Below are positions 16,086-24,783 of a stretch of DNA of 45,761 nucleotides, piece after piece. This stretch comes from Minisyncoccota bacterium (GTDB taxonomy: Bacteria; Patescibacteriota; Minisyncoccia; Phycocordibacterales; UBA918): assembly GCA_035324355.1 (NCBI GenBank), contig DAOLBU010000001.1:18124-63884 (forward strand). Direction: 5' to 3'. The notes under the pieces were generated by a model that ran no database searches, had not been told where the DNA came from, and was given only the letters and a program-made list of their open reading frames with translations. Numbering within the stretch: the stretch's first letter is position 1; every line of letters starts with the position of its first letter. The position numbers and the translations under genes are program-made.

Positions 16086-17180
16086 TTATCGATTCATCGG
16101 CATCACTAAGTAACGCAGTGATTTATCATTAGCACCCGTAATCACGAGTGGTCGACCAATTCCAGCAAAATTTAAAATAATACTATCGTCAGTGATGTGA
16201 GAAAGTGGTTCAATAACGTAATTTTGGTTAAAGTTTAAAGACAACTCTTCACCACTAACCACCGCGTTCATCGTATCGGTAATATGCCCAACATCATTGT
16301 TTTGTGAAGAAACAGTTAACGCCTTATTGGTTAAGGTTAACGAAACTTGAAGAAACTTATTAAGAAAAACTGAAGTTTTCTTAAAAGCATTTTGAAGATC
16401 GTTTTTAAGTAAAGTGGCGTGACTAACGTATTCCTTAGGAATAATTTGTTCGTAGTCAGGAAATGAGCCAGAAACTAATCTAGAAGTTAAATAGACACCT
16501 TCTTGACCAAAATCTAAAGCACACTGGTTTTCTGTAACTACCAAAGTAGGGTCATTTTGGAGTAAATCACAAATTCGCGCTAACTCAATTGCGTTTTTTT
16601 GTGGTACTAAAAATGAATGCTTTAAAACAACTGATTTTTGCGCCACTGTCTTTTCCATTAAACGGAAGGAGTCAGTTGAGACAAAAGTTAGAGAATGTTC
16701 TTTCTTTTGTTGTATATAAACACTCCCCAACTCTGGCTTTATAGAAGATTGTGAAGCAGCAAAAGCGGTGGTTTTTATCCCTAAAGCAAATAAAGCTCTA
16801 TTCAATACAACCCCCTCTCCTTCCAAATGATGGATATTAGGAAACTCATCAGCATTAATTGCTTTAATGGAGGTGTTGGTTTGACTAGTTTCAATTAATA
16901 AAACATTTTCTTCCACTCTTAAAACCACATCGGTTTGATTTATATGTTGCACACTCTGAAGTAGAGTAATGGCAGGAACAGCAATTACTCCTTCTTCTTT
17001 AATCACTCCCTTTAAAACCACTTCAATACTTAGTTCAAGGTTAGTGGCTTTAAAAGTAATTTTGTCAGTCACTGTAATTAACACACATTGAAGAACCGGA
17101 AGGGTCACATGCTTGGTGCTTATTTTTGTAACCAACTCAAGTGCTTTAACAAGCTGTGTATAGGGGATTATTATTTCCAT
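16086..17180 (-). CDS. dnaN: DNA polymerase III beta sliding clamp
   Basis: 364 aa. Length, three-domain repeat character and position directly downstream of dnaA support the call. The C-terminal end is RYLVMPMN. Confidence 0.9.
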   Translation of the reverse strand: MEIIIPYTQLVKALELVTKISTKHVTLPVLQCVLITVTDKITFKATNLELSIEVVLKGVIKEEGVIAVPAITLLQSVQHINQTDVVLRVEENVLLIETSQTNTSIKAINADEFPNIHHLEGEGVVLNRALFALGIKTTAFAASQSSIKPELGSVYIQQKKEHSLTFVSTDSFRLMEKTVAQKSVVLKHSFLVPQKNAIELARICDLLQNDPTLVVTENQCALDFGQEGVYLTSRLVSGSFPDYEQIIPKEYVSHATLLKNDLQNAFKKTSVFLNKFLQVSLTLTNKALTVSSQNNDVGHITDTMNAVVSGEELSLNFNQNYVIEPLSHITDDSIILNFAGIGRPLVITGANDKSLRYLVMPMNR

Positions 17181-17471
17181 ATTTAAACTATTTTACTCCC
17201 TACTATTAGGGTTGTGGAAGTGTGCATATCTAAAATATATGTTGTATTTAATAGGTGACTCAGGTTTGTAAAAAATGATAAGTTGATCATGAGTTGTTGA
17301 TAAGACTTTATAAGTTGGGGAAAGTGATTTATTTTTTGATCAGTTGCTGATGGGCAGTTTTTTTATTTGGATAAACTCAGTCATTTTCCGAAGGTAAACT
17401 TATCTTTTACACAACTTATTCACGGTTATTCTGGGGCTTTATCTAGTTTATCCTATTAACTTAGTAATAAC
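17181..17471. promoter_or_regulatory. AT-rich dnaA-dnaN intergenic region with degenerate DnaA boxes; candidate oriC module and dnaN promoter
   Basis: ttttacaca (17405-17413) fits TTWTNCACA. One-mismatch reverse boxes are tttggataa (~17366) and tgttgataa (~17294). ttattcacg is at 17417. The whole 291-bp spacer is AT-rich. Confidence 0.45.
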
Positions 17472-17501
17472 AAAAGAACACCCGCAGTAGGGTGTTCTTT
17501 T
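17472..17501 (-). terminator. Rho-independent terminator immediately after dnaA
   Basis: aaaagaacaccc-gcagta-gggtgttctttt forms a 12-bp stem and starts 2 nt after the dnaA stop. Confidence 0.7.
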
Positions 17502-17502
17502 G

Positions 17503-18888
17503 TTATTTTAGGAGCATCCGTATTTGCGTAATCTCCTCTTCTAGCTCGGTGCTGGACTTCAGTTCGGTTTTTATCTTTTCACAAGAGTGGATCACAGTGG
17601 TGTGGTCTCTTCCCCCTAACTTCTTACCGATTGATGGATAAGAAACTTGGAAATCTTCACGCAAGATATACATGATAATTTGCCGGGGACGCACAATCTC
17701 TTTGCGTCTAGTTTTTTCATAGATACTGGCTTGATCAATATCAAAATAACGCGCTACTTTATCAACTACATCAGAAACTGCCAAAGTTTTTCTAGGACGA
17801 GAACTGTTTTTGATAATAGCCTTCACTTCCTCTAGAGTTAGCGTGCGACCAAGAAGTTGAGATTGGCACATGATAGTGTTTAGAGCCCCCTCTAGTTCCC
17901 GGATATTCCCTTCGATAGTTTGAGCTAAGTGCTCTACTACATCCTCAGCTAAGTTAATGCTATTTTGAGCCGCCTTAGCCTTTAAAATAGCCGCTCTAGA
18001 CTCAAGGTCGGGCGCAGGAATATCGACAATCATTCCTTGAGCGAATCGAGACTGTAGACGTTCTTCGAGTCCCGCTAGAAGAGCCGGATGAGTATCACTA
18101 GAAAATACAATTTGTTTGTTAGTGTCATGCAGGGCGTTAAAAAGGTGGAAGAGTTCTTCTTGAGTTTTTTCTTTAGTCGCTAAGAACTGAACGTCATCCA
18201 TGATCAAAACATCATATTGGCGGTAGCGATCTTTAAAGCTGTTAGCGCTACCACTCTGTAGGGCATTAAAGTAGTCAACGGCAAAACGTTCACTGGTAAC
18301 ATAAAAAACTTTTTTCCCTGACTTTTTTATTTGATTACCTACTGCTTGAATTAAGTGAGTTTTACCGTGTCCAGTTTTTCCATAAATAAAGAGCGGATTA
18401 TAAGCAATGCCCGGCTTCTCGCTTACTGTTCGAGCCGCTGCATGGGCTAGTGCGTTATATGGTCCAATGACGAAGTTTTCAAAAGAATATTTAGGGTTTA
18501 GATTATCATTCTTGTTGATGTAATATTCCTCAAGCGGTAAAGCAGCATTGATAGTTTGGGTTTTACTACTTTCGCTACGCCGATCACTTCGTTGTACTAC
18601 CTCATATTCCACGCTACGGACATAAGGAGTGACGTCTCGAAGAGTCTTTAAGATCATCGATTGGAATTTGTCTTGTAACCAATCGCGCACAAAAACACTC
18701 GGCACTGCCAAAGTAGCTGTGCCGTCTTCGAGAGTTAAGATGTAAGTGTCGCGGAACCAAGTTTTAAAGTTGGCCGGGGTGATAGAGAGCTCAATTTTAA
18801 CCAGGGCATCGTCCCATAATTTTTTAACATCAATATGTTCAGTGCGAACGATGCTGTTGGTGGAAGAAGGGTGTGATATTGGATTCAT
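17503..18888 (-). CDS. dnaA: Chromosomal replication initiator DnaA
   Basis: 461 aa with Walker A GKTGHGKTHL, Walker B LIMDDVQFL and a C-terminal DNA-binding domain (GGRDHTTVIHSCEKI). Confidence 0.97.
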   Translation of the reverse strand: MNPISHPSSTNSIVRTEHIDVKKLWDDALVKIELSITPANFKTWFRDTYILTLEDGTATLAVPSVFVRDWLQDKFQSMILKTLRDVTPYVRSVEYEVVQRSDRRSESSKTQTINAALPLEEYYINKNDNLNPKYSFENFVIGPYNALAHAAARTVSEKPGIAYNPLFIYGKTGHGKTHLIQAVGNQIKKSGKKVFYVTSERFAVDYFNALQSGSANSFKDRYRQYDVLIMDDVQFLATKEKTQEELFHLFNALHDTNKQIVFSSDTHPALLAGLEERLQSRFAQGMIVDIPAPDLESRAAILKAKAAQNSINLAEDVVEHLAQTIEGNIRELEGALNTIMCQSQLLGRTLTLEEVKAIIKNSSRPRKTLAVSDVVDKVARYFDIDQASIYEKTRRKEIVRPRQIIMYILREDFQVSYPSIGKKLGGRDHTTVIHSCEKIKTELKSSTELEEEITQIRMLLK

Positions 18889-19001
18889 AACGATACAAAC
18901 AATCTAGGTGTAACTAGCATTATACTCGCATCGGAGAGACTGTAAAATATTTTACGTAAACGATACTATTACTACCCTCTTTCTAGCTCAGAAAATGCAA
19001 C

Positions 19002-19021
19002 TGTGTATAAGCTGTGAATAA
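19002..19021. promoter_or_regulatory. Two tandem consensus DnaA boxes (reverse orientation) between dnaA and rpmH
   Basis: tgtgtataa (19002-19010) is the reverse complement of TTATACACA. tgtgaataa (19013-19021) is the reverse complement of TTATTCACA. Both fit TTWTNCACA exactly. Confidence 0.6.
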
Positions 19022-19024
19022 GAA

Positions 19025-19112
19025 GTTTACCCCGTTAGAAACACAGTTATATTTTCCGTAATGGTACTTTTAACTAGTGTAAGATTATTTTCTGGTTTCT
19101 AACGGGGTGAAC
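19025..19112. repeat. 18-bp inverted repeat (one T-G position) enclosing a 52-nt AT-rich loop, next to the DnaA boxes and upstream of rpmH
   Basis: gtttaccccgttagaaac (19025-19042) versus gtttctaacggggtgaac (19095-19112). The 14-bp core is perfect. Confidence 0.7.
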
Positions 19113-19149
19113 TTGAATATTTAATATAATCCTGTATAGTGGTGGCCAT

Positions 19150-19299
19150 ATGAGTAAAAGAACCTATCAACCAAGTAAGCAAAAGCGGGCAACCACCCAC
19201 GGTTTTTTGGTGCGAAGCGCCACAACCGCAGGAAGTAAGGTTCTGCAAGCCAGACGACGAAAAGGTCGCGCCCAGCTAACAGTTAAAAAAGCTCGATAA
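19150..19299 (+). CDS. rpmH: 50S ribosomal protein L34
   Basis: Translated by hand; it is below the ORF-track length cutoff. The product is [49 protein letters not shown] (49 aa). A hairpin follows the stop. Confidence 0.93.
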   Translation: MSKRTYQPSKQKRATTHGFLVRSATTAGSKVLQARRRKGRAQLTVKKAR

Positions 19300-19360
19300 G
19301 AGCTTTTTTGCTTTTTGAACTCCTAATTTTAACGCCCGTTTTGGTTAGACTATAGTATTA

Positions 19361-19696
19361 TTGTTTAATATGCTTAAAAAAAGTGAACGTTTAGATCGTG
19401 CTAGTTTCACTAACTACTTCAAAAAAGGAAAAAAAATAAACGGTGCTTACACTACTATTGTGTTCCATCCTAATCCTGTCTTTCTGGCGTCTGTGGTTGT
19501 AGGTAAAAAAGTGTCTAAAAAAGCGGTGACTCGCAACTCTATTAGGCGGCGACTTTACGGCATTATAGAGTCAGAGAGGCAAGATAAAAAAGTGACCGGG
19601 GCTTATATCATTATTGCCAAACCCGAGATTTCAAAACTAACTAAAAAAGCTTTTAACACTACCCTACTTGCAGAAGTTGGACGTGTGCTGAAATAA
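19361..19696 (+). CDS. rnpA: Ribonuclease P protein component
   Basis: It has the basic RNR motif region (KKAVTRNSIRRRLYG) and follows rpmH. The likely start is ATG 19370 (MLKKSERL). Confidence 0.85.
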   Translation: MFNMLKKSERLDRASFTNYFKKGKKINGAYTTIVFHPNPVFLASVVVGKKVSKKAVTRNSIRRRLYGIIESERQDKKVTGAYIIIAKPEISKLTKKAFNTTLLAEVGRVLK

Positions 19697-19711
19697 AGGT
19701 AAAATAGCTCC

Positions 19712-20440
19712 ATGTTTAATTATATTTGGCACACATTTTTCTTTGACCCAGTTTATAACGGACTGGTGTTTTTTATTGACGTCATTCCTGGGGGCGATGT
19801 TGGGCTAGCAATTATCGCGATCGTGATAGTAGTTAAGACTATCCTTTTACCTTTATCGATAAAGGCGGCTAAGACCCAGCGGGTGATGCGCGAAATTGAG
19901 CCGCAACTTAAAGAAATTAAAGAGACCTTAAAAGATAAAAGAGAAGAGCAGGCGCAAGCGATGTTAAAGATTTATCGTGAGGCAGGTATTAATCCCTTTG
20001 CGAGTATCTTTTTAATTTTCCTCCAAATCCCGATTCTTATCGCCCTCTATTTCTCAGTTTATTCAGGTGGCGGTATCGCACTACCAGCTATTAATGTTGA
20101 TATTTTATATAACTTCATTGCTGCCCCTACCTTTGTTAATATGAATTTCATTGGCCTTATCGACATTACTGGCCGTAATCTAATCTTGGCCCTACTTGCG
20201 TGTGTGACACAGTACTATCAAATTAAATTAGCGATGCCTGACTTAGCGCCCCGTGACCCCAATGCCCCGCCAGACTTCAAGGCTGACTTTGGTCGCAATA
20301 TGCAATTCCAGATGCGTTACGTCATGCCAGTTATTATTTTCTTTGTCGCCTATTTAATCTCAGCCGCTATCGCCCTCTACTTTGTTGTGAGTAACTTAGT
20401 TGCTATTATCCAAGAGATTTATATCAAGAAGCATCGGTAA
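19712..20440 (+). CDS. yidC: Membrane protein insertase YidC (short, Gram-positive-like form)
   Basis: 242 aa in the rpmH-rnpA-yidC order. It has a TM1-amphipathic hairpin (LLPLSIKAAKTQRVMREIEPQLKEIKE) and multiple TM helices. Confidence 0.9.
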   Translation: MFNYIWHTFFFDPVYNGLVFFIDVIPGGDVGLAIIAIVIVVKTILLPLSIKAAKTQRVMREIEPQLKEIKETLKDKREEQAQAMLKIYREAGINPFASIFLIFLQIPILIALYFSVYSGGGIALPAINVDILYNFIAAPTFVNMNFIGLIDITGRNLILALLACVTQYYQIKLAMPDLAPRDPNAPPDFKADFGRNMQFQMRYVMPVIIFFVAYLISAAIALYFVVSNLVAIIQEIYIKKHR

Positions 20441-20471
20441 GGTAATCTGAGCGAGATTAAATTTTAATTAA

Positions 20472-20521
20472 GTTACAAAATAAACGTGGATGGCCTTGGC
20501 CATCCACGTTTATTTTGTAAC
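20472..20521. terminator. 50-nt near-perfect palindrome; bidirectional terminator between convergent yidC and the T4SS-like locus
   Basis: gttacaaaataaacgtggatggcc-tt-ggccatccacgtttattttgtaac has 24-nt arms. Confidence 0.75.
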
Positions 20522-20547
20522 ACCGTTAGGAATACACGGACAAATTT

Positions 20548-21753
20548 TTATTGACAAGAGGTTCCGTTCCAAGTTGAGTTACCAGCACATGTGACTTGGA
20601 TGGTTACATAAGAGAGTAAGGCGCCAGTCAAACTGTCATTATTACGTAGGTTAAATCGATTTCTTGCAGGATTAATTCCGCTTGCTTGTATTGAACCACT
20701 AGCACCCGGTCCTGAAACCCTAAAGCCATTATGTTCAACTAAAGGTGAAGTAGCGTCAGTAGTGTCCCAGGTAATGGTGATGTTGGAAGGACATTCGTTA
20801 CCACCTACAGGGATAGTACAAGAATTGCTACTAGCTACCATAGTGCCAGAGGCACCACCGTCGCCAATCTCCGCAACACAGGTATTAGTATCACGTTTCC
20901 AACTAGACCCATCTGCACAGGAAATATTAGCTGGAGTAGAGGCGACTTCAGTATCGCCGTCATGAACTGAAAGACGAACAGTGGAACGACTTCCTGTAAG
21001 TCTGAGCTTATGATTGGTGCCGGCAGCAGCTGTCGAAAACTCAATATTGTCGTATCTGATACTTGGTGCAGTATTATTTTGAGTGCTCCAAGTGACTGAA
21101 ACATCGCAACCCCCTTCACCGACCGGGATTTCACAACCAGTGGCTGTGATTGATCTGGGTGTTTGGACCCCAGCTCCACTTTCAAGAGCTAAATTAATGT
21201 TTGTGAGATTCGGGTTTATTAGAGTTAAGATTACTACTGCCGAAATAACTATCAGTAAACCAGTCAAGGCTCCCTGAATATCTTTTTTTGCCTCTTCTTT
21301 GCCAGTTACGATGTCAGTCATCATCCACTTTACACCAGCGACAATAATTTTAATGACAGCAAGTAGGGCCGCTAGACTTATGGAAAGTATATAAAGAGCG
21401 TTAATATATGTACCTAAATCTGAGTCATCTTCAACACCTGGGATACCTACTAGTGGGACAAATGGTCCCGCGGGGGTTGGGGGAGATGTTGGTGGTGAAG
21501 GGGGCTCAGCACGACAGTCGATACTCGTAATGTTACCGACCGCATCCCTTATCGGCACCGGAAATCTATCTTCACGCTCACAACTTTCCATTATTAAACT
21601 ACAATAAGTTGGATGATAATCAGGCACCTGACATTCACCTGAAGAGGGGTATTGTGCTAGCGAAATTGTAGGACTTAGGACTAAAAAAAGCACCACTAAG
21701 AATAAAGAAAATGAATGCCTGACGGCGTATAATTTTTTAATAATTATTTTCAT
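20548..21753 (-). CDS. T4SS pilin (VirB2/TrbC-type core) fused to an N-terminal Cys-rich/Pro-rich region and two C-terminal Cys-rich repeat domains
   Basis: Signal peptide MKIIIKKLYAVRHSFSLFLVVLFLVLSPTISLAQ, with start taken at 21753 (the track ORF extends to 21810). The pilin core is YINALYILSISLAALLAVIKIIVAGVKWMMTDIVTGKEEAKKDIQGALTGLLIVISAVVILTLINPNL: two hydrophobic helices with a charged loop. The C-terminal repeats are C-x-IPVG-x3-C...TW...C-x10/11-C. Confidence 0.65.
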   Translation of the reverse strand: MKIIIKKLYAVRHSFSLFLVVLFLVLSPTISLAQYPSSGECQVPDYHPTYCSLIMESCEREDRFPVPIRDAVGNITSIDCRAEPPSPPTSPPTPAGPFVPLVGIPGVEDDSDLGTYINALYILSISLAALLAVIKIIVAGVKWMMTDIVTGKEEAKKDIQGALTGLLIVISAVVILTLINPNLTNINLALESGAGVQTPRSITATGCEIPVGEGGCDVSVTWSTQNNTAPSIRYDNIEFSTAAAGTNHKLRLTGSRSTVRLSVHDGDTEVASTPANISCADGSSWKRDTNTCVAEIGDGGASGTMVASSNSCTIPVGGNECPSNITITWDTTDATSPLVEHNGFRVSGPGASGSIQASGINPARNRFNLRNNDSLTGALLSYVTIQVTCAGNSTWNGTSCQ

Positions 21754-22912
21754 ACATCCAAAGAGAGTTATCATTTTTGTTGGTAAAAAAGAATGCTTTA
21801 AAATTAGCATCGTAACTTAATCTCATCACATCAATTTCGCGTCCACTAGCTGACAAGATATCAACAAAAATATTACTTGTGCCGGTAACTAAATCTATTA
21901 AAAGTAGTCGGTCAGCAAAACTTAATTTACCTTGATACCAAATGTCAGGCATTTGGTATGGAAGGGTAATATTTGGATCGTAGGGACACATGATATTGAG
22001 GGCGTTTTCTATCAGCAGACATTTTTCAGGGAGGTAAGTTTGATTGAGAGCTTTTATCTCATTAGTTTTTTGATTGTAAAAATAACTCATTGGGGCTTGA
22101 TCAGTAAGTTTGGTAAAGAGGATAGTTTCCTCTTCGACTAAAGCAGAAAAGCCAAAACCTTCTAGAGGAAGTCTTGTCAGCTTACTTCCTTCAATTTTGT
22201 AAAGAAAACCCTCAAGTGCATAGCTGGCTTTAGGATAAGCATAGTGTGGACCAGCAATACTCTCGCCCCATTGTATTCTGGCCTCACTAAAAGGTAGCGT
22301 AAAAACTGTCTTTTTATTTAAGGTATCTAACTCATAGGCATAAGCTACTAGGTTACCCCCTTCCATCGAGGTAAAGAATAAGTAGTTATTTTTAAGATAA
22401 AAATCTAGAACTGTATCAGTAATTACTTCAATCAAGGTAGAATTTTCTCGGTCTAAACGAAGGAGGGATAAGTTTTTAATTTTAGTATTATTATAATTAA
22501 CAATGGCTACAGTATTACCGTCATCGGATATATAGGCCTCACGAGCTTGGATAATGGTAGTGCCTGAGAGTCGTCTCTCCTCCCCACTATTGCTATTAAT
22601 ACTATAAAGATGCCCGGTGCCCATTTCCACAAAGTAAATTTCAAGATTGCCGTTATCATCAATCACCTCATTAAAACCAGCTACCGGTCTAGTAGTTAGT
22701 TGTCTAAGGGGTGGCCGCTCCAGGTTGACTGGAAAGTCCTCTTCATTTGGGAGGTTTAGTAGCGGAGCGTTATCTACTGCTCCTCCATTAACTAAATTAT
22801 TAAACATATCAACGTTATCTTCCGCCTTCGCAAAGAACAGCAGATAACCCCACACTACTGCCAAGATAACAATGATGATAATGCCAAAAATAATGAGGAG
22901 AGGTTTTTTCAT
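21737..22912 (-). CDS. N-terminally membrane-anchored protein, possibly beta-propeller-like; T4SS-locus component of unknown family
   Basis: 391 aa with a TM helix LLIIFGIIIIVILAVVWGYLLFF. The rest is beta-rich with repeated hydrophobic/polar blade-like segments. It overlaps the pilin gene start. Confidence 0.5.
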   Translation of the reverse strand: MKKPLLIIFGIIIIVILAVVWGYLLFFAKAEDNVDMFNNLVNGGAVDNAPLLNLPNEEDFPVNLERPPLRQLTTRPVAGFNEVIDDNGNLEIYFVEMGTGHLYSINSNSGEERRLSGTTIIQAREAYISDDGNTVAIVNYNNTKIKNLSLLRLDRENSTLIEVITDTVLDFYLKNNYLFFTSMEGGNLVAYAYELDTLNKKTVFTLPFSEARIQWGESIAGPHYAYPKASYALEGFLYKIEGSKLTRLPLEGFGFSALVEEETILFTKLTDQAPMSYFYNQKTNEIKALNQTYLPEKCLLIENALNIMCPYDPNITLPYQMPDIWYQGKLSFADRLLLIDLVTGTSNIFVDILSASGREIDVMRLSYDANFKAFFFTNKNDNSLWMYENNY

Positions 22913-22915
22913 AAT

Positions 22916-23884
22916 TTAAAAATTTACTTGTACTTGACGCTGAGCTCCCTGGAGGAGTTGCTTTAAATTTCGAATATGAAAATTAATTTGGGAAGTACCT
23001 CTTCCTTCTCTATCTGGTCTAGCAAGAGTAATTTCGTAAGGATTATTTATTGGTACAGGACTTTTTTTATTATCAACGGTCCATTCTAGTAGCGGGGGTT
23101 GGTTGTAGGTTTCTAGAGCCAAGTAATAAGGTTCGGCCGTTAAGGTAGCGCTATTACCAGTTAAATACAATGAATCAAGAGCTTTTGGATTAAGACCATA
23201 AAGGGCGGTTTTTTCATAAAAATAGACCTCAGGCTCTACTGAAGGCAGGCGTAAAGTTTTTTTAATTAATTCTTCGCCGTTTAATTTGGTAACCCGCAAA
23301 GATACAATGAACGAATTTCCTCGCGGCACAGTAATAGTGACATTACTGCGGCCACGCAGGGGGCCGCCACCAATCACTTGGCCGTTAACTTGCCAAGTAT
23401 AAATTAAGTCATTACTAGAGATAGAAGTACCACTTATTATAGCTTTGAGATTAACCTGACTTTCAATACTAGGTAATCCTCGTCCAAGATAAAATGCTGG
23501 GGTTCTAGTTTGAGGCTCTACGACTATATCAAGATAAGTGGGTGTGACAGTTTTCCTTAAAACGATACTTTGGTTTCCATTTAGTCCGATATTGGCTTCG
23601 ATGGTAATTGTCTTGCCCACTTCACCACTTTGAAGATTAATTGTTCGAAGATTATTATTGTCAGCAACAGTTAAACCATTGATCTTCCAAGAAATAGAAG
23701 TGGTTTGACCAGATAAGGAATAATCATCTAAGCTGGCACTAAAAGTGCTGTGGGGAGCAGGATAGGTTGGCTCAATTACAATTGCAGCGGTTTGACTAAA
23801 CCCGCTCTCACTTATTTGAGCTTGAACGAAAAGTGGGCCTGCAAAGAGAAAGCAAAAAGCTAATACGATATATTTGGCCATCAT
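22916..23884 (-). CDS. Secreted protein with Ig/PKD-like repeats; T4SS-locus component of unknown family
   Basis: 322 aa. The signal peptide is AKYIVLAFCFLFAGPLFVQAQ. Repeated SWKINGLTV... and YTWQVNGQVI... modules are present. Confidence 0.5.
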   Translation of the reverse strand: MMAKYIVLAFCFLFAGPLFVQAQISESGFSQTAAIVIEPTYPAPHSTFSASLDDYSLSGQTTSISWKINGLTVADNNNLRTINLQSGEVGKTITIEANIGLNGNQSIVLRKTVTPTYLDIVVEPQTRTPAFYLGRGLPSIESQVNLKAIISGTSISSNDLIYTWQVNGQVIGGGPLRGRSNVTITVPRGNSFIVSLRVTKLNGEELIKKTLRLPSVEPEVYFYEKTALYGLNPKALDSLYLTGNSATLTAEPYYLALETYNQPPLLEWTVDNKKSPVPINNPYEITLARPDREGRGTSQINFHIRNLKQLLQGAQRQVQVNF

Positions 23885-23928
23885 TAGTATAATAACAAAT
23901 TATCAAAGCCTATTTTTCGATGAGTACT

Positions 23929-24768
23929 TTATTCTGGGTACAGCCAAACCACCAACATCACTAACAATATCCAAGGAACAAGACTTAGTATTGGTGTGCT
24001 GTAGCCTAACAAAGCTATACCAAAAGCAGCATATTTAAGTATTTCCTTGCTGCCAGATAATGGTTTTAGGTTAGCAGAGCGGTAGGCGAGGTAAATCATC
24101 AGCAGCATGAATAATCCTAATACATGCATCATTGTTCCGGTAATAGCAAATAGCGGGTAAATAACATCTTTAACGTTGTACCACCAAGCAGCGACGCTGC
24201 CTGTGACACCCACCCCACTAACTAGTAGAGCATAAATACCCGCACTCACTAAAAAGATGATTGCTAGTGGTAACTGAACAAAATTCCCAAAGATACCTCC
24301 AACAAGAGTAATAGTACTATTTATCGCTGTAACCCTCGCCCTAGCTAAACTTTTTTTTGCTATAGAAGCTGTGGTGGTACTTTGGAGTCTTTGTGGTGCT
24401 AGGCGGTTATTTAGAACACTTCGCCTACGTCTATTTCTGAAACGGCCAGGTGATTCGGCTATCTTTGAGTTTATACGAGAAAAGCGCGACCGACCTTCCC
24501 GTACAGTAGAAGTTGGTTCGATCTCTGGATTATTGGCAGCAGTAGGTTCATTTAAATTTTGTGGTTGTAAGCCTTGGTTTTGATATGAGGCACTAAAAAT
24601 TTGGTCGGTAGGGGCATTTATCGGTAGTTGTTGTTTTTGTAGGTAGCTCCAATCTTGATTGGTGCGTTGATTTCGAGTGACTCTGACGTTACCTACTCTC
24701 TGGCGTTGCCGAGATGAGTTTTGTCGAAGATTTCCCTCTTGATTTAACTGAGTTTGACTAAGAGCCAT
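23929..24768 (-). CDS. Membrane protein with a Q/N/R-rich disordered N-terminal half and a ~4-TM C-terminal half; T4SS-locus component
   Basis: 279 aa. The first ~150 aa are low-complexity and basic, followed by hydrophobic helices (LPLAIIFLVSAGIYALLV, MHVLGLFMLLMIYLAY, SLVPWILLVMLVVWLY). Confidence 0.5.
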   Translation of the reverse strand: MALSQTQLNQEGNLRQNSSRQRQRVGNVRVTRNQRTNQDWSYLQKQQLPINAPTDQIFSASYQNQGLQPQNLNEPTAANNPEIEPTSTVREGRSRFSRINSKIAESPGRFRNRRRRSVLNNRLAPQRLQSTTTASIAKKSLARARVTAINSTITLVGGIFGNFVQLPLAIIFLVSAGIYALLVSGVGVTGSVAAWWYNVKDVIYPLFAITGTMMHVLGLFMLLMIYLAYRSANLKPLSGSKEILKYAAFGIALLGYSTPILSLVPWILLVMLVVWLYPE

Positions 24769-24783
24769 AACCTACTCAGTATA

